In this document: positions 11,101 through 26,100 of the stretch, piece by piece
Position numbering within the stretch: position 1 is the stretch's first letter
Layout: each line of letters opens with the position of its first letter
From: a virus
DNA: 64,000 nt
IMG/VR virus record: IMGVR_UViG_3300042549_007551
Coordinates: 11,791-75,790 of that record
Reading direction: 5' to 3' (one strand)
Notes under the pieces: model-generated
Databases searched by the model: none
Told to the model about the DNA's origin: nothing
Seen by the model: only the letters and a program-made list of their open reading frames with translations
Program-made: the position numbers and the translations under genes

Positions 11101-14100
11101 AGCACCTTTTTCTTTACTAAGTAAAGATACTAATGAAGCGTATGTTGTATTATCTTTTAGTTCATTTTGTTTACTTACAAGAATACTTAAGGCTTCATTA
11201 AACTTAATATTTAAATCAGTATCACTTGCTTTTAAATTACTTAACACAGGTTTAAAACTAGTTCCTAGTAAAGATTTACCTACAGTATTCCAAGCATCTT
11301 CTACTGTTTTTAATTTAATGTCTGCATCTTTTTTAAGTCCGGCTACAATTTCTTTAATCTTTTCTTCTATTTTAGCATCAATAATATTTCTGCCGTTTTC
11401 AATACCGGTAGTAAGTTTAACTAATTTACTTTGTCTTTCGTTAAATTCTTTTAATAACTTATTCTTTTCTTCATTTGTTTTTATTTTTATAATACTAGGA
11501 TCAACCATTCTACTTAAAACATCTTTAACTTTTTGAGAGTTTAAATCTATTTTTTGGTCAGCATCTGCAGGAATCAGTGTTAATAAAATTTCCATTTCTT
11601 CTAAAGTTTTATTTAATAACTTTAAGTTTTCATCTATTTCAAATTTTAACAAACCAAAATCAACACTGTTTGTTCTTATGTATTTAAATCTTTTCTTAGC
11701 ATTTTCTAACTGATTGTTTAAAACATTTTGTATACGATAAGATGTGTTGCTACGAATGTTTTTAATTTTGTCAGCAGCTTTTTTTATAATATTTTTTAAG
11801 TCATCGGTTCCTACTTTAGCAGTAACTATTTCTTTTTTTAAATTTTCAACTTCACTAATTATTTGATTTCTTTCTTTGATCAAAGCGTCTTGTGTAGCTT
11901 TAAGTTCAAGTACTTTTTCTTTATGTGATTTAACAGAAGATAAATTAACGTAAGCAATAAATTTTTTAATTTGTTCTATTTGTTTTTCTACACTGTACAA
12001 AGCTTCGTTATATTCAAAATCATTTAATTGGGTATCTTTAATACCTAGTTCTTTTTTAACAGCTTTTCTTATTGCCATACCTGTACTGGCAATAGATACA
12101 CCTTGATCTTCTTTTAAAACGCCATCTTCTAAATAGTTATTGTATTCAAGTTCTGTGTCTTTTAGTAAAGCATCTGCGTACTTTTCAATATTTTTACTTT
12201 CATCTGTGGTATGTCTTAACTTCCAACCTTCAATAAAGTAAGCAACTAACATATCTTTTAGTCTAGCTTTTTCAGCAGGATCTTTAGTACTGATGTACTC
12301 TAATACAATATTTGTAACTGATTTAATTTGTGAATTGTTTCCCGTAAATAAAGCTTCTTTAAGTTTTACATTAACTGTAATACCTAGTTTCTCTTCAATT
12401 TCTTTCATTAATTTTGTTACAATAATCGAACCTATTTCTTGGTTAAACCTAGTCATCGCTGTTATATCAGCATCGGTTAAAGCAATACCTTTATTAACTT
12501 TGTTTAATATGTTATTAATTTCTTTTTTATTTGCTTCAATAAGTTTTACTTCTTCGCCTTTATCTACAGCATCTTCTACACTTAAAAGATTTAAACGTTC
12601 TCTAACAGCTTTAGGATCGTTTTGTCTTATTAATTGATAGTATAAATTTGTCTTTAATGTTTTAGATAGTTTAAAAATAAACTCATTATAGTTTACAAAG
12701 TCAAAACGTTTACCGTTGTGTGCAACAATAGGTACTGTGTTAGGTAAAGCATTGATTTCAGAAACAAACAAGCGTATAAATTCAATGTCATTAGGTAAAC
12801 CGGCAATATTTTTTATGGTTAAATCAATACGTTTAGTATAGTCATCTAATTCATTTTTAGTTAAGTTGTTATTAATATATTCTTCTAACGCTTTAGCATC
12901 CCAATATTTTTTCTTATTAATATCTGCCCATGCTTTAAAGCCTGCGCTTTCTTTAACATACATTTTAACTTGTTGATCATAGAATCCTTCAAGTTCATCT
13001 GACTTAGTAATAGTTTTAACACCATTTGAATCTATTGTTTCTTCAATACCGTCTATAAAAATACGGTTTGTCATAAATTGGTTTAAAACATTAAACATTA
13101 ACTTACCTTTTACACGTGTAACATTTAAGATTGTTAATTGATAAGGGGTTCTTCTTCCACTTTTTTCTGTAATAGTTTCCATGTCTAACACAACAAAACG
13201 ATCAGGTATATTTTTACCACTTAATTCAATTTGTTTCATGTAGTTAAAGAAGGTAACGATGTTATCAACAACAGCGTTGTGTAAGTTTATACCTTTTTCA
13301 CCATCAATATTAGTGCTTTCAATTAAATCAAGTAATGCTTGTTTACCACCTTGATAGTAGTTTCCTGCTTCAGTAATAATACTATCTAACAGTGCTTCTC
13401 TGCTAACATCTTCTTTTATCTTATAGTTATTTCTATAAGTATCTAAGTTACTATTACCGTAAGGTTTGTTTTTCTTAGCTTCAAGTAAAAGATTATCATG
13501 TCTTAACTTTATAGGTGCACTTTCTTCTTCTAATAAATCAATTCTTTTATTTAGTTTAGAAATCTTATCAGGATTTACAACTGTGTACGTATTGATTGAG
13601 TCACGTCTATTTTTAAGAGTAGATAGTTCTGCATTTAATTGTTCTTTACTTTTAATTAAAATATCTTCTTCATCATTAAAAGCTTTTACTTCATTACTTA
13701 ATAAATAAGAAACAACTTCATCTTCTTTAACTAAACTAATTCCATCTTTTGCAACACGCTTAACAATGTTCTTAATAACATCTTCTGGTTTTTGATTCCC
13801 ATATTTATTTATGTTTTCTAAAGCAGTTTCAGCACTCTTAATGTTTTCTAAAGTAGTTTTAATATTACTTTTTAATTTCTTTAAATTGTAAATTAACTTT
13901 GAGAGGTCTGTATTTTTACTATTAATAATAATGTTATTTACACTAGTAGAAAATTCTTCTCTTAAAGTTTCTAATTGATCTAATGTGTATTCTTCTTTTT
14001 CATCTTTTAAAATCTGTAAAGACTTTGTTTTTAATTTTAAATTAAATCCACTTGATTTAAAATAAGTTGTGTCTTCTTCATTTATCTTATAGATAAGATT

Positions 14101-17100
14101 TTTTAAACGCTTATATAGTTCTTCACTCTTAAGCGTATACAAAACTTTATATTTATTTGTTTCTTTTTTAACTGTTTCTTTTGTAAGATCTTTCTTTTTT
14201 ATGTTTAATTTTTTAAATTTGTAGTCTAAAGCTATTTGTATGTAAGTTGCAACCATAAACTTTTTAAAAACATTAGTATATTTTCTATCATGTGGTTTGT
14301 AATCAACACCAGTTAACTTGCTATCTTGTAATTCTTTGACCTTGTTATCAATTTCTTCTTCATAATTTTTAAAGTCTTCAAATTCATACGTAAAAATAAA
14401 TTCATTTTCTAATTCCTGTAAGATGTACTTAGCTTTGTCTAAGTATTTATTTTTTCCTTTAACTAAAGAAGCGGTAGCTTCTTCATTTAATACAAGTTTA
14501 TTTAAATCTTGTTGTTCTTTTTTAACAAGTTCTTTTGTAGCTTCTTTTATACCACTAAAATAAACTGTTCTAATATTATTTAGATAGTATTTTACAGAAG
14601 CAATCTTACGTTCTTTAGCGCTTTGTGTATCTTCATCTAAGTAACCTTCATTAACGATGTATTGGTTAATGTTATCTATTCTTTTTTTATTTTTTTCTTC
14701 AATGTTTAAAACAATCTTAGTAAACTTTTTCCATGAATTAGTTTTAATCTTACTGTCTTTAGGACCGGTAGATAAAGTTTGTTCTAAAGCATCAATATCA
14801 TCTAATTTTTTATTAGCATTTAATATGAAATCTTTATATCCAGCTGCATTTGTAATATTGATTTTATATTTCTTTAATATTAAAATAGATTTACTGTTAT
14901 ATAAATTTTGTAATTTCTTTTTACGTATGTTCTTAAAAGCTATATACTCGTTTGTTTTAAAATAAGTTTTTTCTGCCTCAAGTTCAATTAATATTTTTTC
15001 TCTTTCTTGAAAAAATTCTTTAGGTATAAACGCTTTAACTTTTTCTAAAGCTTGTTTGTTTTCTTTTTCAGCCTTATCTAAAACAGTTAACCAATAGTCA
15101 TTAAATTCTTTCATTAAACCAGGATTGTTATTATAAATATCAATTAATAATTTTTCTTTATATGCTGCGTTTTTATCTTTTAATACTTCTATGCTGTTGT
15201 TAATACCACTAACAGCTTCTTCTAGTTTACTAATAGCTTTATTTAAACTAGACATGTTCTTATTAATTATTGTGTTTTCATTGATATCAAAATTATAGTT
15301 TAACTTAAACCCTCTTTGGCTAGCGTTAACAACTTTTAACTCTTTCTTTAATTCATCAATTGTATCTTTAATACTTAACCAAGTAGTAATAGTAGGCAAT
15401 TGTTTTAGTGCCATCTCACTGTTTGCAGCCATACCAAGCTCAACAGTATCATAAACATTACGTGTACTTGCATCTAGTTTTAAACTACTTTCTAAAACAT
15501 TAACAAGGTTTTCTATTTTTTCAATACGATCTTCTGCTTCTTTACGTTCTGATTTTGACATGTTGTTTAAAACAGATTCAGGATAAATTAACTTTAATAA
15601 TTTTTTAACACCGTGAACACTCTCAATATTGGTAGCAATTTCTGATAGTTTTAATAATTGATTACTAATATTAGCTTCTTGTATATCCATTAACCCTTGT
15701 AAAACAAGTTTTTCACGGTCTTTAATACCTTCTTGTGTCTTTAATTCAAACTTTTGTACAAGGATATAACCCATAATTGCTTTTACTTGCTCAATGTTAA
15801 CGCCTATTAAATAACCGCGGCTGTTAAAATACTTAACAATATCTTTTAATGCTTCTTCTATTTCAATAACTTTCTTAGGATCGTTAATTGTTTTAACATA
15901 TCTTTCAAAATCTTTTTTATAAAGAGTAATATATTTTTTATCTTGTTCTAAAACTAATAAAGCACTACCTATTTCTTTCATCTTAACAAAGTCGTACTTA
16001 TCTACACCGCCTTTTAATAAACTTAATACATTTGTATATCGTGTCATTAAGTTTAAATAAACACTGTCTGGGTTTCTAGTGGATACTTTATCAATTGTTT
16101 CTGCATAGTCTTCATTAATAGAGTGAAAGCTAAAATCAGCCAGTGTTTGTTCTATAACTTGTGCCATAGTACTTTGATAAGAAGGATCTGTATTAGGTTT
16201 AAACACAGCACTAAAAGCATTTCTTGTTGCTTCTCTAGTAATCTTATTAATATTATTTGGCGTAGTCATTAACAACTGTGGCTTAACAGTTACATTAGTA
16301 TCAGGTGTATCTTTTTCTTTTAAAACAATAATGTCTAGTCTATCGTTAATGCCTTTAACATAAGAACCTGCATTACTTAAATGACTTACACTATTAAATA
16401 TAGATCGTAAAATACTGTTTTCAAATGGGTCATCTTGTTGTTTAGTTTCAAAAATATTTAAAGCTTCAAGTTTTTTAATACGTCTAATGTTCTTTTTAGC
16501 TGCACCAATTCTAAATTTATTAACTGCATCTTGCCAAGACCATTGTTGTTTAAACTCATTGTTAATAAACTGTGTTTTAGCAAAGTTAATAATGTTTACA
16601 AAAGCAAACATGTTATCGTTTTTGCTTATGGTGTTATACAACACATCCATGATTTCATCTAATGTATTGTATTTTGTAAATAAATTTTCAACAGTTTCAA
16701 AATCAATACCTAAAGAATTAAATAATTTCTTAGATAAACTAATTCTTTTTTCTTTTTCATTGTGAGTATGACGTATAACGTTACCTTTATAGTCTTTAAA
16801 CCCAAATAAATATTCGTATAAGTATACTTTAAATTTTTTATTATCATCTAATAAAGGTAAATTTATTAAATTGTAAACTTCAAAAGGACTTTCAAATTTG
16901 TTTTCTTTTTTATTTCTTAATAAGTAAGACATAACTTTAAAGACATTATCGTCAATAGGACCTAATCTAGTCTTACCGCTTTCTTGTTTATACTTGTTTA
17001 AATCTATTTTAAATTGTTTAGCGACAGTTTCTATCGTTGCGTTTTCTTTCTTTAATCCACCATAAAACATAATGTTAATAAAAAGCTCAGTCATATTTCT

Positions 17101-20100
17101 TGCTTCTTTATCTTTAATGCTGTCTAAGTATTCTGAAGCACTGCCAAAGTTTTTAATAAAAGTTGGTTTAATAATTGCTTTACCGGAGGTGTCTCCAAAG
17201 AATACGTCTTCTGCTTTGTTAACAATACTTTCTATGGTTTCTTTAACTACGTTATTAAAAGCAGAAGGAGTTGTTTGCGTTATATTATCAAGAATAACGT
17301 CAGTAATATTAACACCATTTTCTTCTCTAAAATCTTCTTTTGGTTTTTTATACCAGTTCTTTACATTATCTTTATCTTGAATTCTTAAATCTTTAATCAT
17401 ACTTTCTAACGTAACAGTACTCTTTGGATCTTTTTCAAGCATCTTTTTATAGCTTAAAGAAGCATTAATTTGTAAATAAATTTCGTTTGTTTTATTAGCA
17501 TGTAAAGAAATATTGTTTATGTATTTGTTTAATGTTGTTTTTAAAACATCTTTTTTAATGCTATTAATTTCTGCGTCACTAACTGTTTTAATGTTGTCAT
17601 CAAACATAGTACTATATTTCTTTATATAATTTAAAATTGCATTAACTTGAGGGTTATTTGTTTTAACATCGGTTATTAATTCTGCTAAAGTCATGTCATC
17701 TGGTAACTCAAGTACGCTTTTTAATTGATTAAAGTAAGTATTAATTGTATTTTTAATAGCAATTTTAATACTTAAGTAGTCTTCATTTTTAAATTTATTA
17801 AAAATAGAATCATCTATATTTAAATAAGAAGCCAGACCAATTAAAGTTTTATCATCCATACGATCAATATCAAAAGTACTAGGTAAGTTTTTTATTACGT
17901 AAAATAAGTTAGTCCAGTTTAAATTTGTAGCAGTGCCTCTAACCCTAGCGTTATTTGCTTTAGTAGATTCTTTATACAAAGCTCTACTACGTCTTAGCTG
18001 TGCTGCTAAAACGCTTTCTAATGATACACCTTCAGTTTGTTTGCTGTTAAATTCTTCTTTTAATTCATTGATAAGATTTAACATTCCAACTTTTTGTGCA
18101 TTAAACAAACCTTTGTTGTATTCTTTTTTACCGTTAACTAAAACAAATGTTTTGTTTTCTGAGTGCTTTAAAATATTATTTCTGGTGGACATTTCTTTAG
18201 CAGTAATAAAACCTTCAAGCCCTGAACCAAAATAATCTTGTAACTTTTTAATAAGTTTTTTGTAATAAATATTATGGGTGTACTTTAAAGAAGATACAAA
18301 ACTATATGCAACGTCTTTTAATTGTTCTATTGTTTTTAAAAACTCTTTATTATAGATATCGTTATAGTTATTAAAAGTAATATCTTCGTTCTTATATTCT
18401 TTTTGCATAACAATAAGCGCATTTTTAATAGCATCTAATAGTGTTATTTTAATATCAGGTCCTATGTTAGTTGCATTTATTTTTATCTCTGTTAACTGTT
18501 CATATAAACGATAATTTTCTCTTCTTAAATCAGATTCAAAATTATTAAAGTTATAATTTTCTTTAATGTAACGATCAGTAAAAAAGTTTCGTCCAATAAC
18601 ATCTATATCAAAAGAACCAAAATCATTGTATAAAAGTTCTAAAAATCTAGCAAAGGCTTTTTCTTTTCTAGCTAGTCTTACAACCCTTTTAAACAAATTG
18701 GTTTGGTTAAAATTAATATTAACAACATCACCAGGTTCTACAATAGTGTATTCTTTTTTTATTCTGGCAAACTCAGTCAACTTTTTAACAAGGTCTTCTC
18801 TGCTTAACTTTAATCTATCAGCTAACTTTTGTAGGTTTTCAACATCTTTTAAGAACCCACCTAAGATACCACCTTGTCCACTTCTTGAAGTTGAGCTCTT
18901 AATATTTATATAGTTAGATTTTAACTCTCCATTTATATTTCCGTTTTTATCTTTAGTAATAACGTAATCAAAAGTATTAATATATTTCTTAGTCCTTCTC
19001 ATTTCTAATATATCTTTGTGTTGTTCCTCAGTCATGAAGTAAATATTTTTATCTTTAGAGGTTTTATCTTTTAGAGCAAATTTTACAAGGTTATTAAATT
19101 CTGAAAAAGCCGTTTCAAGATTGTCTTTGCTAACAATAATAACTGCACCAGTTTCACTGATGTCTCTTAAAGTTAAAACATAAGGATCGTATCCTTTTTC
19201 TTTTAAAACTTTAGCTATTTTTTTACTTCCTTCTGTATGTAATTCAGTATTGTGTTTGCTTATAATTTTCTCACCAATCTCAGAGTTATAGTTAGGTAAT
19301 CCTTTTACACCTGATTCATCAATATTTGAGTTGCCATTACCATCATAGTGTTCTACCACCATGTATTCTTTTGTCGCAGGATCATAAGCAATAGCAATAT
19401 TACTATCATCAGAAGTACTTCTGTTGTTATAAAACATTGTTTCAACTTTTTCAGGGTTATCAACTATGTATTTATAAAAAGCATTAAAGTCTTCTTCTAA
19501 TGCTTTATCTTTGATATTGTTTCTAAAGTTTTCATACGCATTAATACGTCTTTGAATATCGATAACTTCATTTTCTAAATCACTAATTTGGTCTTTAATG
19601 TTTTTACTCTTACTATCTTTTCTATTTTTTAATAAAGCTATACGGTTGTTTTGTCTTAACACAACGCCATTAAGTTCTTCTATTTTGTTTAATGTAGCTA
19701 CACCTTTTCCTACAGTACCTTGATAAAAGAAAACCTTTTTAACTAATAGTTCTTTGGTTTCTTGTGGTATATCTTTTGCATCTAACACATACAAAATAAA
19801 TAGTATGTCACTACTTACAGGTTTATTAATTGTTTTACCGTTTATAACAACAGTTGTTTCTGGTTTTTTAAATTCTGTATTAGCTTTTTCTAAATAGTAA
19901 AATATCTCTGGTTTTAAAACTAATTGTATATTACTATAACGATTTTTTCTTTTTAAAAATTTAGGGTCTGCAGATTCATATTGAGTTTCTAAGAACAGTA
20001 AAGTGTTTAAACTTCCGTATGCATTAATGAAATTAATATCATTAACTAAAGCATATTCTTCATCTGTTCCTTTAAACAACTCTCTGCTAATTGTTAACGG

Positions 20101-23100
20101 TGCGGTTACAATACTACTTCCAAATTTTTTAACGGCGTCTTGGTATTCATTTAATAGTTTATTACCAAGTTCACTAGCTGTTTCAGGTGTTAACGTACCT
20201 TTAGCAACTGTATTTGTTTTTAAACGATCAATAATACTAGACACAATTCTTATGTTTACATGGTGTGTTAGTAAGTATTCTAATAAGTAAACTTTTCTAG
20301 ATACTTTATTTTTGTCATTTTTAATATAAATAACTATTTGTTTATCTTCAAAAGCAAAGTAATCTAACTCTTTAAAATCAACTTCTTTTTTAAATGCTTT
20401 ATCAGTTTCGATAAAGCTGTTTAAAAAGTAAACAACTTGCATTAATCCGCTCTTTAAATTAAATGCTGGTTTAATACTATTTTCATCTTCATAGTTTCCA
20501 AACGTTTGAAAGTTAGAGAAAGTAATAATATCATCTAATAAATCTTTATGTTTATCGTCACTAATAGAAAGTGCTTTGTACACACTTGTACTTAAAGTAT
20601 AGTGCCGATCACTAGATGCTCTGATATCTTTTATTTCTGTAGCACGTATACCTTTATCAATAATATTTTTTAGATAACGATGTTTATTATTAAAGGCATA
20701 CAAATCTTGCAGTTTAATAGTCATTATCTTTAGAGCATTGCCAGCTATTAATTTATATACATCAGCAGTAATTGATTTATCCCCGCTAATTAACTTTTCA
20801 ATAAAGTCTTTTAAATAATCTTTATCATACTCAATATTATTTTCATCAAAATAATTACGTATAGATTCATTAACAGATTGATAGTAAATACGGTTTAATC
20901 GTTTTTGTTCCTTACCATCTAAAGGTAGTTTAATATCAATATCTTCTTCTTTGTTATAAAGATCACCTAAAAGTCTTATCTTATAGCTGTCACTCTTAAA
21001 CGTTTCACCACGTTTACTAAATACTTTGACCTTCTTACCTTCTTTAGAGTTGGATAAAGTATCCCAATCTATTGTAATTACTTTTTCTTTATCTAAACGA
21101 ACAAGTTCTTTTAAAACTTTTTCTAAAAAATAATAGTGCCCAGAGGATGTTCTTTTTAATCCCTTTAAAGTTTCTTTATAACTTTTTGCATCGTCTATTG
21201 TTTCACTGTCACTATTTATAAACATCGCCATTCTAAAATTAAACCTTAATTCTTTAATATTTAAAACACTAAAACCACCGGCTAGTATTTTCTTTAAAGC
21301 ATTGTAAGGATTGTTTTTATCTTTTTCAATATCACTTGTACTTAATTTAAATAATAAATTAGTTAATAAAGATTGAGGTATATTTTCTAGTTGTTTTACA
21401 ATCGTGCTTTGAACACTTAATGTACTACTAACTGCTTTTTTAATTGTATTCTTTTTAGCTTCTTCTTGTTTTCTAATTTCCTTAGTTTCAATCAACTCTT
21501 CAATCATCGTGTCGTACTCAGTTAAAAATTCTTTATCACTAAGCACTTCATCTTTTTGTAAGATGTATTCACTTTCAACAACATTGCTTTCTCTTTCTTC
21601 TAAAAATTTAATGAAAGCTGTATCAATGCTATTAAGTTTACTAACAGCATCTGGTATAGATAGCTTGTTCCAATTTTTTAATTCGTCTTCTGTTATGAAA
21701 TCAGGGAGTAATTCTTTCTTTGCTTCGTCACTTAAAAATAAATTAATATCTTTGTTAACATTAATACTGTTATAGTAATACGATTTAACATATGAATACA
21801 TTTCATTGTATTGTAAAAAGTTATTAATACGTCTTAATTCTTGATCTAAAATATCTTTAATAGCTTTCTTATCTGCTTTATTTTTTTCTGAATCAGAATC
21901 AAGAACCTTAGTTATTTTTTCAATTTGTTTATCTGCACGTTCAAATAATTTATTTACTGTATCTAACTTTTGTTTAAACAAACCATTCTTTTGATTTAAT
22001 AACTTATAAAAAACTATTTCTTTTAACTCTGTTAAGCTTACATCTTCAACACTTCTAAAGGTAGGTTTATTTTTGTTTTCAATAACTTTATTGATTGCTT
22101 CAACAACACCTAAAAGACCTCCGAAACTTTTAACTTTATCTGCTGATATATAACTATCTAACTCTAACTTTTTTATAATTCTAATTAATGTGTTTATTTT
22201 AGCAGCAGTCGTTTGTTTGTCCCAGTTTTTTTCGATGTCATCAGCATCAAAGTTTATTAATCCTTTTAATAATAAAGTAGTTTCAAATCCATCTGGAAGT
22301 AAGTTATAAATTAAACTAACGATATCTTGTTCAATTGTTTTAACAAAAGAAATTTGTACATCAACTACTTTCTTTTTTCTATTACTAGGAGTAATTGTTT
22401 TTAAAGTAGCTCTTTCTATTTCGTTGCCGTCTTTATCAACTAAAGCTACCTTAATTCCATATTGATTAGCTAGATCAACTAATGCATCACCTTCGTCACC
22501 TTCAATAAACTCATCAATAGCACGTTGTTTATTATACGTATTACGTTGTACATCTTCATCTTTTTTAGGATTGTTCTTAATAATTTCTAACTTATCTTTT
22601 AATGTTTTAATTGTTGTAGCTTTTTTATCTTGTGCATTTTGTATTTTAGTAATGCTGGTTTCTAAAGCAATAATTTCCTCAGACGCTTTTAGTTTTTCTT
22701 CTCCAGTAGCTTTAACATTTTTAGTAATCTTTAAAAGTTTATTAACTTGTTTTTTTAAATCAACTTTTTCTTTTTCTAATTCTTTATTTTCTTCTTGTAA
22801 AGTAGCAAGTTCTTCATTAATAACTAAACTACTTTTAATAAAAACAGTTTCATTAGAAAATATTTTAAAACCATTAATTACTTTTAAAACGTTAAACAAA
22901 CTTTGTTGTGCAACGGTAGTTAATTCATTTACATGTACAAGACCAGCGTCCATAAGAACAAATACTTGACTCAAAACTTTACGGTGTTTAGTAATATACG
23001 TATAGTTTAATAAAGCATTTCTTTTTGCTACATATTCAAGCGTAACTTTATCATTACCTTTTTGTCCGGCTTTTACAACGGCGTCTAAATCAGGTCCTGC

Positions 23101-26100
23101 TTTTTTTTCGTAGTCACTAACTTCAGTTTGTATTCTTTTAAAATTCTTTTTATTAATAACAATTTTAATACCACTACTAGTTTCATAATTTAAAACAGGG
23201 TAATCAATGTACTCTTCATTTTCTTCATAAGCTTTTTTTCTACTTTCAAGCGCTTGTTTTGCTTGATCTAAAATATCACTTTGACTATCAATAGTATCTT
23301 TTTCTGCACTTTGTTCAACCTGTTCTTTTGTTGTTTGTTGAATAATTTTAGATAATGTTTTATTAGTTTTCTTTTGCTTGTTTAAAACTTCATCAAAAGT
23401 TTCATTAGATTTTTTAACAGAGGTACCTGTTTTATTTATATCAATAAGTTCTTTATTAATTGTATTAACGTCTTTTTCAATTGCTTCAAATTTTTCAATT
23501 GTAATAGCAGCTTGTTTAGGATTAATGTTTCTTCTTAAATATTCAAAAAGTTTTTCAACAGAAAAAGATAAACCTTTAAAAGCAACTGACATAGGGTTTG
23601 CTACGTGTGTTACTATTCCAGCAAAACTATCTACATTATCAATATGATTTTTTAAACTTTCAAAGTTGTTATATAAATTAGAACTAACTTTAGAATTGAT
23701 TTTTAAATCAAAGTCTTTATAAGCTTTTGCTAATAGTTGTCCTTCACTTAACGAACCACCGTACAATGTTTTAAGTTCTCTAAATGTATTATCAAAACGA
23801 CCTATTAAAGCTATTTGATTTTCTGTAGGTGTTGTACTCTTACGAGCTTGTTTGTATCTTCTATAAGAATTTTCTAATTCATTTTTAAGTTTAGCTGAAC
23901 CTACTTTATAAATATAGTTTTTATTTTCTAAAACATTTGTAAATAAATTGTCTAAAATATTAAGCTGTGAAGAAATATCTAAAGTATACACTCTAGCCTT
24001 TTGTCCAAACTGAATACCACCAGAAGCAAATTGTTTGTATAAAATTTCTTGTACACCTTTTCTACCGTTGCTTATCCAAGCTCCTACTAATTGTTTTAAG
24101 AAAGCTTGTTTAGCTGTAGGATCGTTTATCTTAAAACTAAAAACGCCATCTTCATCCACAAGTTTTCCTAAGCTGTTAGCTGCAGCTTTTGTTTTACCTG
24201 TCATTTTTAACTTACTAGTTTCATGTTCAACTATTCTTGATAGCACATTAGTACCAACGTCTATCGTATAAGTTTGGTAATACTTATTAACAACTTCGTT
24301 AAAGTTTTGTGGGTCAATTAAAAGCTCACCTAATGTAGATATTAAAGAGTTTCCTATTTCACCTAAGTTTAAATTAGCAGCTTCACGGATATCATCAAAC
24401 ATAACTGATCGATATAACTCGTTACTATAACCCCAAGATTTTGCTAAAGCATCAGTCATTGCTTTAGAATCACCTGAAACTAAACCAAGTAACACTGCTT
24501 TGTTTCTTGTAGCACCATATAAGTTATCGTTAATATCCCCGTATAAAGATATTGCAGAAACAAAACTAACATCATCAGGATCGGTTGCTTTCCAAGGACT
24601 AAATTGATCATCTAAAGGAGCGGTAATACTAGTAACTGCTTGTAATGTCATCATTGATAATCCTGCTCGAACCTGATTACCAAATGCGTTTGTACTTAAC
24701 CAACTACCTATACCAGTTAACGGGTTGTTTTTACTCAGTAAACTAAGATTTTTATTGATACGTAAACCACTACTCAACCATCCTGTTAAAGCTGGTACTG
24801 CAATCGTTGTTAATAATGTAGCAATCGAACTAATCGGACGTTGCATCATACCTGCATATAAGTTTTGTGCAAACATTTCTTGTGCTTTAGCACCTTCTGG
24901 ACTAAATGAACGACCAACAGTTCTTCCTACTAAAAATCCTTGTAGTGCTGAAACAGCTATAGAAGCTACTGTACCGATGCCGCTTATTGCTGAACCAATT
25001 AAACCACCACCAGCAACTTCTATTGCGCTACCTGTTAAAGCAACTGTATCTGATATAAGTGCTAATGCATTAAATGCTGTATTAAATATATCGCCTTGTT
25101 GAACGCTTTGAGCTAATCCAACTGCTGAAGTACCTAAACTATAGATGTCTGCGGCGATACCTAAACCAGGCACAAATCTGGCGCCTGCTTCACTAATACT
25201 TTTAAAGAATGTTTTACCAGCTTGCGCGCCTTTTTTTATAGTAAGTTTTGCTGCATCAACAATAACACCATTTGTTTCTAATATTTTAGCAGCTGCAGTT
25301 ATAGTTTTAGAAGCGTCATTTACAGTGTTTGTAATACGCGCCGAATCATTTAACATGTTAGTAACGTCTACAACATCCTCAGCTTTTGCCGCTATTTTAA
25401 TAGCTTCATCACTATTTTTTACAATTGAATTACCAGCATCTACTATTTGTTGTTGTGCTAGTTTAACGCTTTGATCTAAGTTTACTAAATCTTTTTGTGC
25501 AAGGTCAAAAGCTTGTTGAGCTTGTATCTTTAAAGGATTATTTTTACCTAATCGTTTTACTTTTTTTAAATTAGCTTCTGCTTTAATAAAACTTTTATCA
25601 GCAATTTTCTTTAGCTCTACATTGTTTGTTAGTGTAGCTTCTAAAGTAGCTTTATTTACTTTAGATAATTCTAAGTTTTTAACACTTTCAATAAACTTAG
25701 GATCATAAGTTTGTAATGTTTTTTTAATTTTATAATCTTGTTTTAGTAAATCATTTGCACTTTTTACTTGTTTATTATAATCAAGAACAAGCGATTCATT
25801 AGCTTTAATATTTCTTAATTGTTTAAATCTTGCGTCTTGATAACGTGCTCTTTTAGGATCAAAGGTAGTAGAAAAAGGATTTTGCCATGATTCTTTTTTC
25901 CAGAACTTTTTATCAATTAATGCTGAACGAAGGTACCCACTGTTTAAAGCAGCGCCTACACCTGCACCCACAAGACCGCCTAAGTTACCAAATAAATCAT
26001 ATGTTCCAGTATCTTCTATCCCATATCGGTTTCGAATGCGCTCCATAAAATCTTCGTTGTTAACAGCAAAAGGTGAGATTGCCCATTGTTGTAATGATCT

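Noticed and set aside
2360-25474. Many plus-strand ORFs antisense to the giant gene (and similar ones opposite the capsid, fibre and portal genes)
   Set aside because: Leu/Ser/Phe-rich shadow frames produced by the codon bias of the real gene; no RBS or motifs
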